Source: Centroscyllium fabricii
Taxonomy: Eukaryota
NCBI GenBank assembly: GCA_051313645.2
Contig: JBNRSN020000031.1
Coordinates: forward strand, 4,836,001-4,900,000
Length of the DNA stretch: 64,000 nt
Reading direction: 5' to 3'
Under the pieces are notes generated by a model. That model saw only the letters and a program-made list of their open reading frames with translations. It was not told where the DNA came from and searched no databases. Of this stretch, positions 1-15,000 are shown in pieces. The position numbers and the translations under genes were made by a program. Within the stretch, counting starts at the first letter, position 1. Each line of letters starts with the position of its first letter.

Positions 1-3000
1 CTGTAAGGACTCCCTATTATATTCACGTAATCACATGCTGAGATATCATTGGCCCACAGGCATCTGTAAGGACTACCTATTATATTCACGTAATCACATG
101 CTGAGTTATCATTGGCCCACAGGCATCTGTAAGGACTACCTATTATATTCACGTAATCACATGCTGAATTATCATTGGCCCACAGTCATCTGTAAGGGCT
201 ACCTATTATATTCACGTAATCACATGCTGAGTTATCATTGACCCACAGGCATCTGTAAGGACTACCTATTATATTCACGTAATCACATGCTCAGTTATCA
301 TTGGCACACAGGCATCTGGAAGGACTACCTATTATATTCAGGTAATCAGATGCTGAATTATCATTGGACCAAAGGCATCTCTAAGGACTACTATTGTATT
401 CACGTAATCACATGCTGAGTTATCATTGGCCCACAGGCATCTGTAAGGACTACCTATTATATTTACATAATCACATGCTGAGTTATCATTGGCCTACAGG
501 CATCTGGAAGGTCTACCTATTATATTCACGTTATCACATGCTGAGTTATCATTGGCCCACAGGCATCTGGAAGGACTACCTATTATATTCACGTAATCAC
601 ATGCTGAATTATCATTGGACCAAAGGCATCTGTAAGGACTACCTATTATATTCATGTAATCACATGTTGAGTTATCATTGGCCCACAGGAATCTGTAAGG
701 ACTACCTATTATATTCACGTAATCACAAGCTGAATTATCATTGCCCACAGGCATCTCTAAGGACTACCTATTATATTCACGTAATCACATGCTGAGTTAT
801 CTTTGGCCCACTGGCATCTGTAAGGACTACTATTGTATTCACTTAAACACATGCTGAGTTATCATTGGCCGCAGGCGTCTGTAAGGACTACCTATTATAT
901 TCACGTAATCACATGCTGAGATGTCATTGGCCCACAGGCATCTGTATGGACCACCTGTTATATTCATGTAATCACATGCTGAGTTATCATTGGCCCACAG
1001 GCATCTGTAAGGACTACCTATTATATTCACGTAATCACATGCTGAGTTATCATTCGCCCACAGGCATCTGGAAGGACTACCTATTATATTCACGTAATCA
1101 CATGCTGAATTATCATTGGACCAAAGGCATCTGTAAGGACGACTATTGTATTCACGTAATCACATGCTGAGATATCATTGGCCCACAGGCATCTGTAATG
1201 ACTACCTATTATATTTACGTAATCACATGCTGAGTTATCATTGGCCCACAGGCTTCTGGAAGGACTACCTATTATATTCACGTAATCACATGCTGAATTA
1301 TCATTGGACCAAAGGCATCTGTAAGGAATACCTATTATATTCAAGTAATCACTTGTTGAGTTATCATTGGCCCACAGGCATCTGGAAGGACTTCCTATTA
1401 TATTCACGTAATCACATGCTGAATTATCATTGGACCAAAGGCATCTGTAAGGTCTACCTATTATATTAATGTAATCACATGCTGAGTTATCATTGGCCCA
1501 CTGGCATCTGTAAGGACTACTATTGTATTCACTTAACCACATGCTGAGTTATCATTGGCCGCAGGCATCTGTAAGGACTACCCATTATATTCACGTAATC
1601 ACATGCTGAGTTATCATTGGCCCACAGTCATCTGTAAGGACTACTATTGTATTCACGTAATCAAATGCTGAGTTATCATTGGCCCACAGGCATCTGTAAG
1701 GACGTCCTATTATATTCACGTAATCACATGCTGAGTTATCATTGGCCCACAGGCATCTGTAAGGACTACCTATTATATTCACGTAATCACATGCTGAATT
1801 ATCATTGGCCCACAGTCATCTGTAAGGACTACCTATTATATTCACGTAATCACATGCTGAGTTATCATTGGCCCACAGGCATCTGTAAGGACTACCTATT
1901 ATATTCACGTAATCCAAGCTGAGATATCATTGGCCCACAGGCATCTGTAAGGACTACCGATTATATTCACGTAATCACATGCTAAGTTATCATTGGCCCA
2001 CAGGCATCTGTAAGGACTACCTATTATATTCACGTAATCACATGCTGAGTTATCAATGGCCCACAGGCATCTGTAACGACTACCTGTTATATTCACGTAA
2101 TCACATGTTGAGTTATCATTGGCCCACAGGCATTTGTAAGGACTACCTATTATATTCACGGAATCACATGCTGAGATATCATTGGCCAACAGGCATCTGT
2201 AAGGACTACCTATTATATTCACGTAATCACATGCTGAATTATCATTGGCCCACAGGCATCAGTAAGGACTACCTATTATATTCACGTAATTACTTGCTGA
2301 GTTATCATTGGCCCACAGGCATCTGTAAGGACGACATATTATATTCACGTAATCACATGCTGAGATATCATTGGCCCACAGGCATCTGTAAGGACTACCT
2401 ATTATATTCACGTAATCACATGCTGAGTTATCATTGGCCCACAGTCATCTGGAAGGACTATCTATTATATTCACGTAATCACATGCTGAATTATCATTGG
2501 ACCAAAGGCATCTGTAAGGACGACTATTGTATTCACGTAATCACATGCTGAGATATCATTGGCCCACAGGCATCTGTAAGGACTACCTATTATAATTACG
2601 TAATCACATGCTGAGTTATCATTGGCCCACAGGCATCTGTAAGGGCTTCCTAGTATATTCCCGTAATAATATGCTGAGTTATCATTGCCCACAGGCATCT
2701 GTAAGGACTACCTATTATATTCACGTAACCAAATGCTGAGTTTTCATTGGCCCACAGGCATCTGTAAGGACTACCTATTATATTCAGGTAATCTCATGCT
2801 GAATTATGATTGGCCCACAGGCATCTATAAGGACTACCTATTATATTCACGTAATCACATGCTGAGTTATCATTGGCCCACAGGCATCTGAAAGGACTAC
2901 CTGTTATATTCACGTAATCACATGCTGAGTACCATTCGCCAACAGGCATTTGTAAGGACTACCTATTATATTCACGTATTCACATGCTGAGTTATCGTTG

Positions 3001-6000
3001 GCCCAGAGGCATCTGTAAGGACTACCTATTATATTCACGTAATCACATGCTGAGTTATCATTGGCCCACAGGCATCTGTAAGGACTACCTATTATATTCA
3101 CGTAATCACATGCTGAATTATCATTGGCCCACAGTCATCTGTAAGGACTACCTATTATATTCACGTAATCACATGCTGAGTTATCATTGGCCCACAGGCA
3201 TCTGTAAGGACTAGCTATTATATTCACGTAATCCAAGCTGAGATATCATTGGCCCACAGGCATCTGTAAGGACTACCGATTATATTCACGTAATCACATG
3301 CTAAGTTATCATTGGATCACAGGCATCTGTAAGGACTACCTATTACATTCACGTAATCACATGCTGAGTTATCAATGGCCCACAGGCATCTGTAAGGACT
3401 ACCTGTTATATTCACGTAATCACATGCTGAGTTATCATTGGCCCACAGGCATTTGTAAGGACTACCTATTATATTCACGGAATCACATGCTGAGATATCA
3501 TTGGCCAACAGGCATCTGTAAGGACTACCTATTATATTCACGTAATCACATGCTGAATTATCATTGGCCCACAGGCATCAGTAAGGACTACCTATTATAT
3601 TCACGTAATTACATGCTGAGTTATCATTGGCCCACAGGCATCTGTAAGGACGACATATTATATTGACGTAATCACATGCTGAGATATCATTGGCCCACAG
3701 GCATCTGTAACGACTACCTATTATATTCACGTAATCACATGCTAAGTTATCATTGGCCCACAGGCATCTGTAAGGACTACCTATTATATTCACATAATCA
3801 CATGCTGCGTTATCATTGGCCCGCAAGCATCTGTAAGGACTACCTATTATATTCACATAATCACATGCTGAGTTATCATTGGCCCACAGGCATCTGTAAG
3901 GACAACTATTATATTCACGTAATGTCATGCTGAATTATCATTGGACCACAGGCATTTGTAAGGACTACCTATTATATTCACGTAATCACATGCTGAGTTA
4001 TTAATGGCCCACAGGCATCTGTAAGGGCTACCTATTATTTTCAAGTAATCACATGATGAGTTATCATATGCCCACAGGCATCTGTAAGGGCTTCCTAGTA
4101 TATTCCCGTAATAATATGCTGAGTTATCATTGCCCACAGGCATCTGTAAGGACTACCTATTATATTCACGTAACCAAATGCTGAGTTTTCATTGGCCCAC
4201 AGGCATCTGTAAGGACTACCTATTATATTCAGGTAATCTCATGCTGAATTATGATTGGCCCACAGGCATCTATAAGGACTACCTATTATATTCACGTAAT
4301 CACATGCTGAGTTATCATTGGCCCACAGGCATCTGAAAGGACTACCTGTTATATTCACGTAATCACATGCTGAGTACCATTCGCCAACAGGCATTTGTAA
4401 GGACTACCTATTATATTCACGTATTCACATGCTGAGTTATCATTGGCCCAGAGGCATCTGTAAGGACTACCTATTATATTCACGTAATCACATGCTGAGT
4501 TATCATTGGCCAACAGGCATCTGTAAGGACTACCTATTATATTCACGTAATCATATGCTGAGTTATCATCGGCCAACAGACATCTGTAAGGACAACCTAT
4601 TGTATTCAAGTAATCACATGATGAGTTATCATTGGCCCACAGGCATCTGTAAGGACTACCTATTATATTCACATAATCACATGCTGAGTTATCATTGGCT
4701 CACAGGTATCTGTAAGGACTACCTATTTTATTCAAGTAATCACATGCTGAGTTATCATTGGCCCACAGGCATCTGGAAGGACTACCTATTATATTCACGT
4801 AATCACATGCTGAATTATCATTGGACCAAAGGCATCTGTAAGGACAGCCTATTATATTCAGGTAATCACATGTTGAGTTATCATTGGCCCACAGGCATCT
4901 GAAAGGACTACTTATTATATTCACGTAATCACATGCTGAGTTATCATTGGCCCACAGGCATCTGGAAGGACTAGCTATTATATTCACGTAATCACATGCT
5001 GAGTTATCATTGGCCCACAGGCATCTGTAAGGACTACCTATTATATTCACGTAATCACATGCTGAATTATCATTGGCCCAGAGGCATCTGTAAGGACTAC
5101 CTATTATATTCACGTAATCACATGCTGAGTTATCATTGGCCCGCAGGCATCTGTAAGGACTATCTATTATATTCACGTAATCACATGCTGAATTATCATT
5201 GGCCACAGGCATCTGTAAAGACTACCTATTATATTCACGTAATCACATGCTGAGTTATCATTGGCACACAGGCATCTGTAAGGACTACCTTTTATATTCA
5301 CATAATCACATGCTGAATTATCATTGACCCACAGGCATCTGTAAGGACAACCTGTTATATTCACGTAATCACATGCTGAGTTATCATTGGCCCACAGGCA
5401 TCTGTAAGGACTACCTATTATATTCACGTAATCACATGCTGAGATATCATTGGCCCACAGGCATCTGTAAGGACTACCTATTATATTCACGTAATCACAT
5501 GCTGAGTTATCATTGGCCCACAGGCATCTGTAAGGACTACCTATTATATTCACGTAATCACATGCTGAATTATCATTGGCCCACAGTCATCTGCAAGGAC
5601 TACCTATTATATTCACGTAATCACATGCTGAGTTATCATTGGCCCACAGGCATCTGTAAGGACTACCTATTATATTCACGTAATCCAAGCTGAGATATCA
5701 TTGGCCCACAGGCATCAGTAAGGACTACCGATTATATTCACGTAATCACATGCTAAGCTATCATTGGCCCACAGGCATCTGTAAGGACTACTTATTATAT
5801 TCACGTAATTACATGCTGAGTTATCATTGGCCCACAGGCATCTGTAAGGACTACCTATTATATTCACGTAATCACATGCTGAGTTATCATTGGCCCACTG
5901 GCATCTGGAAGGACTACCTATTATATTCACGTAATCACATGCTGAATTATCATTGGACCAAAGTCATCTGTAAGGACTACTATTGTATTCACGTAATCAC

Positions 6001-9000
6001 ATGCTGAGTTATCATTGGCCCACAGGCATCTCTAAGGACTACCTATTATATTTACGTAATCACATGCTGAGTTATCATTGGCCTACAGGCACCTGGAAGG
6101 ACTACCTTTTATATTCATGTAATCACATGCTGAGTTATCATTGGCCCACAGGCATCTGGAAGAACTACCTATTATATTCACGTAATCACATGCTGAATTA
6201 TCATTGGACCAAAGGCATCTGTAAGGACTACCTATTATATTCACGTAATCACATGTTGAGTTATCATTGGCCCACAGGAATCTGTAAGGACTACCTATTA
6301 AATTCACGTAATCACAAGCTGAATTATCATTGCCCACAGGCATCTGTAAGGACTACCTATTATATCCACGTAATCACATGCTGAGTTATCATTGGCCCAC
6401 TGGCATCTGTAAGGACTACTATTGTATTCACTTAAACACATGCTGAGTTATCATTGGCCGCAGGCATCTGTAAGGACCACCTATTATATTCATGTAATCA
6501 CATGCTGAGTTATCATTGGCCCACAGGCATCTGTAAGGACTACTATTGTAATCACGTAACCAAATGCTGAGTTATCATTGGCCCACAGGCATCTGTAAGG
6601 ACTACTATTGCATTCAAGTAATCACATGCTGAGTTATCATTGGCCCGCAGGCATCTGTAAGGTCTACCTATTATATTCACGTAATCACACGCTGAGTTAT
6701 CATTGGCCCACAGGCATCTGTAAGGACTACTATTATACTCACGTAATCACATGCTGAGTTATCATTGGCCCACTGGCATTTTTAAGGACGACTATTGTAT
6801 TCCCGTAATCAAATGCTGAGTTATCATTGGCCCCCAGGCATCTGTATTGTCTACTATTGTGTTCACGTAATCACATGCTGAGTTATCATTGGCCCACAGG
6901 CATCTGTAAGGACTACTTATTATATTCACGTAATCACATGCTGAGTTATCATTGGCCCACAGGCATCTGGAAGGACTACCTATTATATTCACGTAATCAC
7001 ATGCTGAGTTATCATTGGCCCACAGGCATCTGTAAGGACTACCTATTATATTCAGGTAATCACATGCTGAATTATCATTGGCCCACAGGCATCTGTAAGG
7101 ACTACCTATTATATTCACGTAATCACATGCTGAGTTATCATTGGCCGGCAGGCATCTGCAAGGACTACCTATTATATTCACGTAATCACATGCTGAGTTA
7201 TCATTGGCCACAGGCATCTGTAAAGACTACCTATTATATTGACGTAATCACATGCTGAGTTTTCATTGGCCCACAGGCATCTGTAAGGACTACCTTTTAT
7301 ATTCACGTAATCACATGCTGAATTATCATTGGCCCACAGGCATCTCTAAGGACTACCTTTTATATTCACGTAATCACATGCTGAATTATCATTGGCCTAC
7401 AGCAATCTGTAAGGACTTCCTATTATATTCACGTAATCACATGCTGAGTTATCATTGGCCCACAGGCATCTGTAAGGACTACCTATTATATTCACGTAAT
7501 CACATGCTGAGATATCATTGGCCCACACGCATCTGTAAGGACTACCTATTATATTCTCCTAATCACATGCTGAATTATCATTGGCCCACAGGCATCTGTA
7601 AGGACTACCTTATATATTCACGTAATCACATGCTGAATTATCATTGGCCCACAGGCATCTTTAAGGACTACCTATTATATTCACGTAATCACATGCTGAG
7701 TTATCATTGGCCCGCAGGCATCTGTAAGGACTACCAATTATATTCAAGTGATCACATGCTGAGTTATCATTGGCCCTCAGGCATCTGTAAGGACTACTAT
7801 TGTAATCACGTAACCAAATGCTGAGTTATCATTGGCCCACAGGCATCTGTAAGGACTACTATTTTATTCAAGTAATCACATGCTGAGTTATCATTGGCCC
7901 GCAGGCATCTGTAAGGACTACTATTATATTCACGTAATCACACGCTGAGTTATCATTGGCCAACAGGCATCTGTAAGGACTACTATTATATTCACGTAAT
8001 CACATGCTGAGTTATCATTGGCCCACTGGCATCGGTAAGGACGACTATTGTATTCACGTAATCACATGCTGAGTTATCATTGGCCCCCAGGCATCTGTAT
8101 GGTCTACTATTGTATTCACGTAATCACATGCTGAGTTATCATTGGCCCGCAGGCATCTGTAAGGACTACCTATTATATTCACGTAATCGCTTGCTGAGTT
8201 ATCATTGGCACACAAGCATCTGTAAGGACTACCTATAATAATCACGTAATCACATGCTGAGTTATCATTGGCCCGCAGGCATCTGTAAGGACTACCTATT
8301 ATATTCACGTAATCGCTTGCTGAGTTATCATTGGCACACAAGCATCTGTAAGGACTACCTATTATAATCACGTAATCACATGCTGAGTTATCATTGGCCC
8401 ACAGGCATCTGTAAGGACTACCTATTATATTCACGTAATCACATGCTGAGTTATCATTGGCCAACAGGCATATGTAAGGACTACCAATTATATTCACGTT
8501 ATCATATGCTGAGTTATCATCGGCCAACAGACATCTGTAAGGACTACCTATTGTATTCAAGTAATCACATGCTGAGTTATCATTGGCCCACAGGCATCTG
8601 GAAGGACTACCTATTATATTCACGTAATCACATGCTGAGTTATCATTGGCCCACAGGCATCTGTAAGGACTACCTATTATATTCAGGTAATCACATGCTG
8701 AATTATCATTGGCCCACAGGCATCTGTAAGGACTACCTATTATATTCACGTAATCACATGCTGAGTTATCATTGGCCGGCAGGCATCTGCAAGGACTACC
8801 TATTATATTCACGTAATCACATGCTGAGTTATCATTGGCCACAGGCATCTGTAAAGACTACCAATTATATTCACGTAATCACATGCTGAGTTATCATTGG
8901 CCCACAGGCATCTGGAAGGACTACCTATTATATTCACGTAATCACATGCTGAGTTATCATTGGCCCACAGGCATCTGTAAGGACTACCTATTATATTCAC

Positions 9001-12000
9001 GTAATCACATGCTGAGATATCATTGGCCCACAGGCATCTGTAAGGACTACCTATTATATTCACGTAATCACATGCTAAGTTATCATTGGCCCACAGGCAT
9101 CTGTAAGGACTACCTTATATATTCACGTAATCACATGCTGAATTATCATTGGCCCACAGGCATCTGTAAGGACTACCTATTATATTCACGCAATCACATG
9201 CTGAGTTATCATTGGCCCACAGGCATCTGTAAGGACTACCTATTACATTCACGTAATCACATGCAGAGTTATCATTGGCCCACTGGCATCTGGAAGGACT
9301 ACCTATTATATTCACGTAATCTCATGCTGAATTATCATTGGACCAAAGTCATCTGTAAGGACTACTATTGTATTCACGTAATCACATGCTGAGTTATCAT
9401 TGGCCCACAGGCATCTGTAAGGTCTACTTATTATATTCACGTAATCACATGCTGAGTTATCATTGGCCCACAGGCATCTGGAAGGACTACCTATTATATT
9501 CACGTAATCACATGCTGAGTTATCATTGGCCCACAGGCATCTGTAAGGACTACCTATTATATTCAGGTAATCACATGCTGAATTATCATTGGCCCACAGG
9601 CATCTGTAAGGACTACCTATTATATTCACGTAATCACATGCTGAGTTATCATTGGCCCGCAGGGATCTGCAAGGAATACCTATTATATTCACGTAATCAC
9701 ATGCTGAGTTATCATTGGCCACAGGCATCTGTAAAGACTACCTATTATATTCACGTAATCACATGCTGAGTTATCATTGGCCCACAGGCATCTGTAAGGA
9801 CTACATTTTATATTCACGTAATCACATGCTGAATTATCATTGGCCCACAGGCATCTGTAAGGACTACCTTTTATATTCACGTAATCACATGCTGAATTAT
9901 CATTGGCCTACAGCAATCTGTAAGGACTTCCTATTATATTCACGTAATCACATGCTGAGTTATCATTGGCCCACAGGCATCTGTAAGGACTACCTATTAT
10001 ATTCACGTAATCACATGCTGAGATATCATTGGCCCACAGGCATCTGTAAGGACTACCTATTATATTCACGTAATCACATGCTAAGTTATCATTGGCCCAC
10101 AGGCATCTGTAAGGACTACCTTATATATTCACGTAATCACATGCTGAATTATCATTGGCCCACAGGCATCTGTAAGGACTACCTATTATATTCACGTAAT
10201 CTCATGCTGAGTTATCATTGGCCCGCAGGCATCTGTAAGGACTACCAATTATATTCACGTGATCACATGCTGAGTTATCATTGGCCCACAGGCATCTGTA
10301 AGGTCTACTATTGTAATCACGTAACCAAATGCTGAGTTATCATTGGCCCACAGGCATCTGTAAGGACTACTATTGTATTCAAGTAATCACATGCTGAGTT
10401 ATCATTGGCCCGCAGGCATCTGTAAGGACTACCTATTATATTCACGTAATCACACGCTGAGTTATCATTGGCCCACAGGCATCTGTAAGGACTACTATTA
10501 TATTCACGTAATCACATGCTGAGTTATCATTGGCCCACTGGCATCGGTAAGGACGACTATTGTATTCACGTAATCATATGCCGAGTTATCATTGGCCCTC
10601 AGGCATCTGTAAGGACTACCTATTATATTCACGTAATCGCATGCTGAGTTATCATTGGCACACAAGCATCTGTAAGGACTACCTATTATAATCACGTAAT
10701 CACATGCTGAGTTATCATTGGCCCACAGGCATCTGTAAGGACTACCTATTATATTCACGTAATCACATGCTGAGTTATCATTGGCCAACAGGCATCTGTA
10801 AGGACTACCAATTATATTCACGTTATCATATGCTGAGTTATCATCGGCCAACAGACATCTGTAAGGACTACCTATTGTATTCAAGTAATCACATGCTGAG
10901 TTATCATTGGCCCACAGGCATCTGGAAGGACTACCTATTATATTCACGTAATCACATGCTGAGTTATCATTGGCCCACAGGCATCTGTAAGGACTACCAA
11001 TTATATTCAGGTAATCACATGCTGAATTATCATTGGCCCACAGGCATCTGTAAGGACTACCTATTATATTCACGTAATCACATGCTGAGTTATCATTGGC
11101 CCGCAGGCATCTGCAAGGACTACCTATTATATTCACGTAATCACATGCTGAGTTATCATTGGCCACAGGCATCTGTAAAGACTACCTATTATATTCACGT
11201 AATCACATGCTGAGTTATCATTGGCCCACAGGCATCTGGAAGGACTACCTATTATATTCACGTAATCACATGCTGAGTTATCATTGGCCCACAGGCATCT
11301 TTAAGGACTACCTATTATATTCAGGTAATCACATGCTGAATTATCATTGGCCCACAAGCATCTGTAAGGACTACCTATTATATTCACGTTATCACATGCT
11401 GAGTTATCATTGGCCCGCAGGCATCTGTAAGGACTATCTATTATATTCACGTAATCACATGCTGAGTTATCATTGGCCACAGGCATCTGTAAAGACTACC
11501 TATTATATTCACGTAATCACATGCTGAGTTATCATTGGCACACAGGCATCTGTAAGGACTACCTTTTATATTCACATAATCACATGCTGAATTATCATTG
11601 ACCCACAGGCATCTGTAAGGACAACCTGTTATATTCACGTAATCACATGCTGAGTTATCATTGGCCCACAGGCATCTGTAAGGACAACATATTATATTCA
11701 CGTAATCACATGCTGAGATATCATTGGCCCACAGGCATCTGTAAGGACTACCTATTATATTCACGTAATCACATGCTGAGTTATCATTGGCCCACAGGCA
11801 TCTGTAAGGACTACCTATTATATTCAGGTAATCACATGCAGAATTATCATTGGCCCACAGGCATCTGTAAGGACTACCTATTATATTCACGTAATCACAT
11901 GCTGAGTTATCATTGGCCCGCAGGCATCTGTAAGGACTATCTATTATATTCACGTAATCACATGCTGAGTTATCATTGGCCACAGGCATCTGTAAAGACT

Positions 12001-15000
12001 ACCTATTATATTCACGTAATCACATGCTGAGTTATCATTGGCACACAGGCATCTGTAAGGACTACCTTTTATATTCACATAATCACATGCTGAATTATCA
12101 TTGACCCACAGGCATCTGTAAGGACAACCTGTTATATTCACGTAATCACATGCTGAGTTATCATTGGCCCACAGGCATCTGTAAGGACTACCTATTATAT
12201 TCACGTAATCACTTGCTGAGATATCATTGGCCCACAGGCATAGGTAAGGACTACCTATTATATTCACGTAATCACATGCTGAGTTATCATTGGCCCACAG
12301 GCATCTGTAAGGTCTACCTATTATATTCACGTAATCACATGCTGAATTATCATTGGCCCACAGTCATCTGTAAGGACTACCTATTATATTCACGTAATCA
12401 CATGCTGAGTTATCATTGGCCCACAGGCATCTGTAAGGACTACCTATTATATTCACGTAATCCAAGCTGAGATATCATTGGCCCACTGGCATCTGTAAGG
12501 ACTACCGATTATATTCACGTAATCACATGCTAATTATCATTGGCCCACAGGCATCTGTAAGGTCTACCTATTATATTCACGTAATCACATGCTGAATTAT
12601 CATTGGCCCACAGGCATCTGTAAGGACTACCTATTATATTAACGTAATCACATGCTGAATTATCATTGGACCAAAGTCATCTGTAAGGACTACTATTGTA
12701 TTCACGTAATCACATGCTGAGTTATCATTGGCTCACAGGCATCTGTAAGGACTACTTATTATATTCACGTAATCACATGCGGAGTTATCATTGGCCCACA
12801 GGCATCTGGAAGGACTACCTATTATATTCACGTAATCACATGCTGAGTTATCATTTGCCCACAGGCATCTGTAAGGACTACCTATTATATTCAGGTAATC
12901 ACATGCTGAATTATCATTGGCCCACAGGCATCTGTAAGGACTACCTATTATATTCACGTAATCACATGCTGAGTTATCATTGGCCCGCAGGCTTCTGCAA
13001 GGACTACCTATTATATTCACGTAATCACATGCTGAGTTATCATTGGCCACAGGCATCTGTAAAGACTACCTATTATATTCACGTAATCACATGCTGAGTT
13101 ATCATTGGCCCACAGGCATCTGTAAGGACTACCTTTTATATTCACGTAATCTCATGCTGAATTATCATTGGCCCACAGGCATCTGTAAGGACTACCTTTT
13201 ATATTCACGTAATCACATGCTGAATTATCATTGGCCTACAGCAATCTGTAAGGACTTCCTATTATATTCACGTAATCACATGCTGAGTTATCATTGGCCC
13301 ACAGGCATCTGTAAGGACTACCTATTATATTCACGTAATCACATGCTGAGATACCATTGGCCCCCAGGCATCTGTAAGGACTACCTATTATATTCACGTA
13401 ATCACATGCTAAGTTATCATTGGCCCACAGGCATCTGTAAGGACTACCTTATATATTCACGTAATCACATGCTGAATTATCATTGGCCCACAGGCATCTG
13501 TAAGGACTACCTATTATATTCACGTAATCACATGCTGAGTTATCATTGGCCCGCAGGCATCTGTAAGGACTACCAATTATATTCACGTGATCACATGCTG
13601 AGTTATCGTTGGCCCACAGGCATCTGTAAGGACTACTATTGTAATCACGTAACCAAATGCTGAGTTATCATTGGCCCACAGGCATCTGTAAGGACTACTA
13701 TTGTATTCAAGTAATCACATGCTGAGTTATCATTGGCCCGCAGGCATCTGTAAGGACTACCTATTATATTCACGTAATCACACGCTGAGTTATCATTGGC
13801 CCACAGGCATCTGTAAGGACTACTATTATATTCACGTAATCACATGCTGAGTTATCATTGGCCCACTGGCATCGGTAAGGACGACTATTGTATTCACGTA
13901 ATCAAATGCTGAGTTATCATTGCCCCCAGGCATCTGTATGGTCTACTATTGTGTTCACGTAATCACATGCTGAGTTATCATTGGCCCGCAGGCATCTGTA
14001 AGAACTACTATTATATTCACGTAATCATATGCCGAGTTATCATTGGCCCTCAGGCATCTGTAAGGACTACCTATTATATTCACGTAATCGCATGCTGAGT
14101 TATCATTGGCACACAAGCATCTGTAAGGACTACCTATTGTATTCAAGTAATCACATGCTGAATTATCATTGGCCCACAGGCATCTGTAAGGACTACCTAT
14201 TATATTCACGTAATCACATGCTGAGTTATCATTGGCCCACAGGCATCTGTAAGGACTACCTATTATATTCACGCAATCACATGCTGAGTTATCATTGGCC
14301 CACTGGCATCTGGAAGGACTACCTATTATATTCACGTAATCAAATGCTGAATTATCATTGGACCAAAGTCATCTGTAAGGACTACTATTGTATTCACGTA
14401 ATCACATGCTGAGTTATCATTGGCCCACAGGCATCTGTAAGGACTACTTATTATATTCACGTAATCACATGCTGAGTTATCATTGGCCCACAGGCATCTG
14501 GAAGGACTACCTATTATATTCACGTAATCACATGCTGAGTTATCATTGGCCCACAGGCATCTGTAAGGACTACCTATTATATTCTGGTAATCACATGCTG
14601 AATTATCATTGGCCCACAGGCATCTGTAAGGACTACCTATTATATTCACGTAATCACATGCTGAGTTATCATTGGCCCGCAGGCATCTGCAAGGACTACC
14701 TATTATATTCACGTAATCACATGCTGAGTTATCATTGGCCACAGGCATCTGTAAAGACTACCTATTATATTCACGTAATCACATGCTGAGTTATCATTGG
14801 CCCACAGGCATCTGTAAGGACTACCTTTTATATTCACGTAATCACATGCTGAATTATCATTGGCCCACAGGCATCTGTAAGGACTACCTTTTATATTCAC
14901 GTAATCACATGCTGAATTATCATTGGCCTACAGCAATCTGTAAGGACTTCCTATTATATTCACGTAATCACATGCTGAGTTATCATTGGCCCACAGGCAT

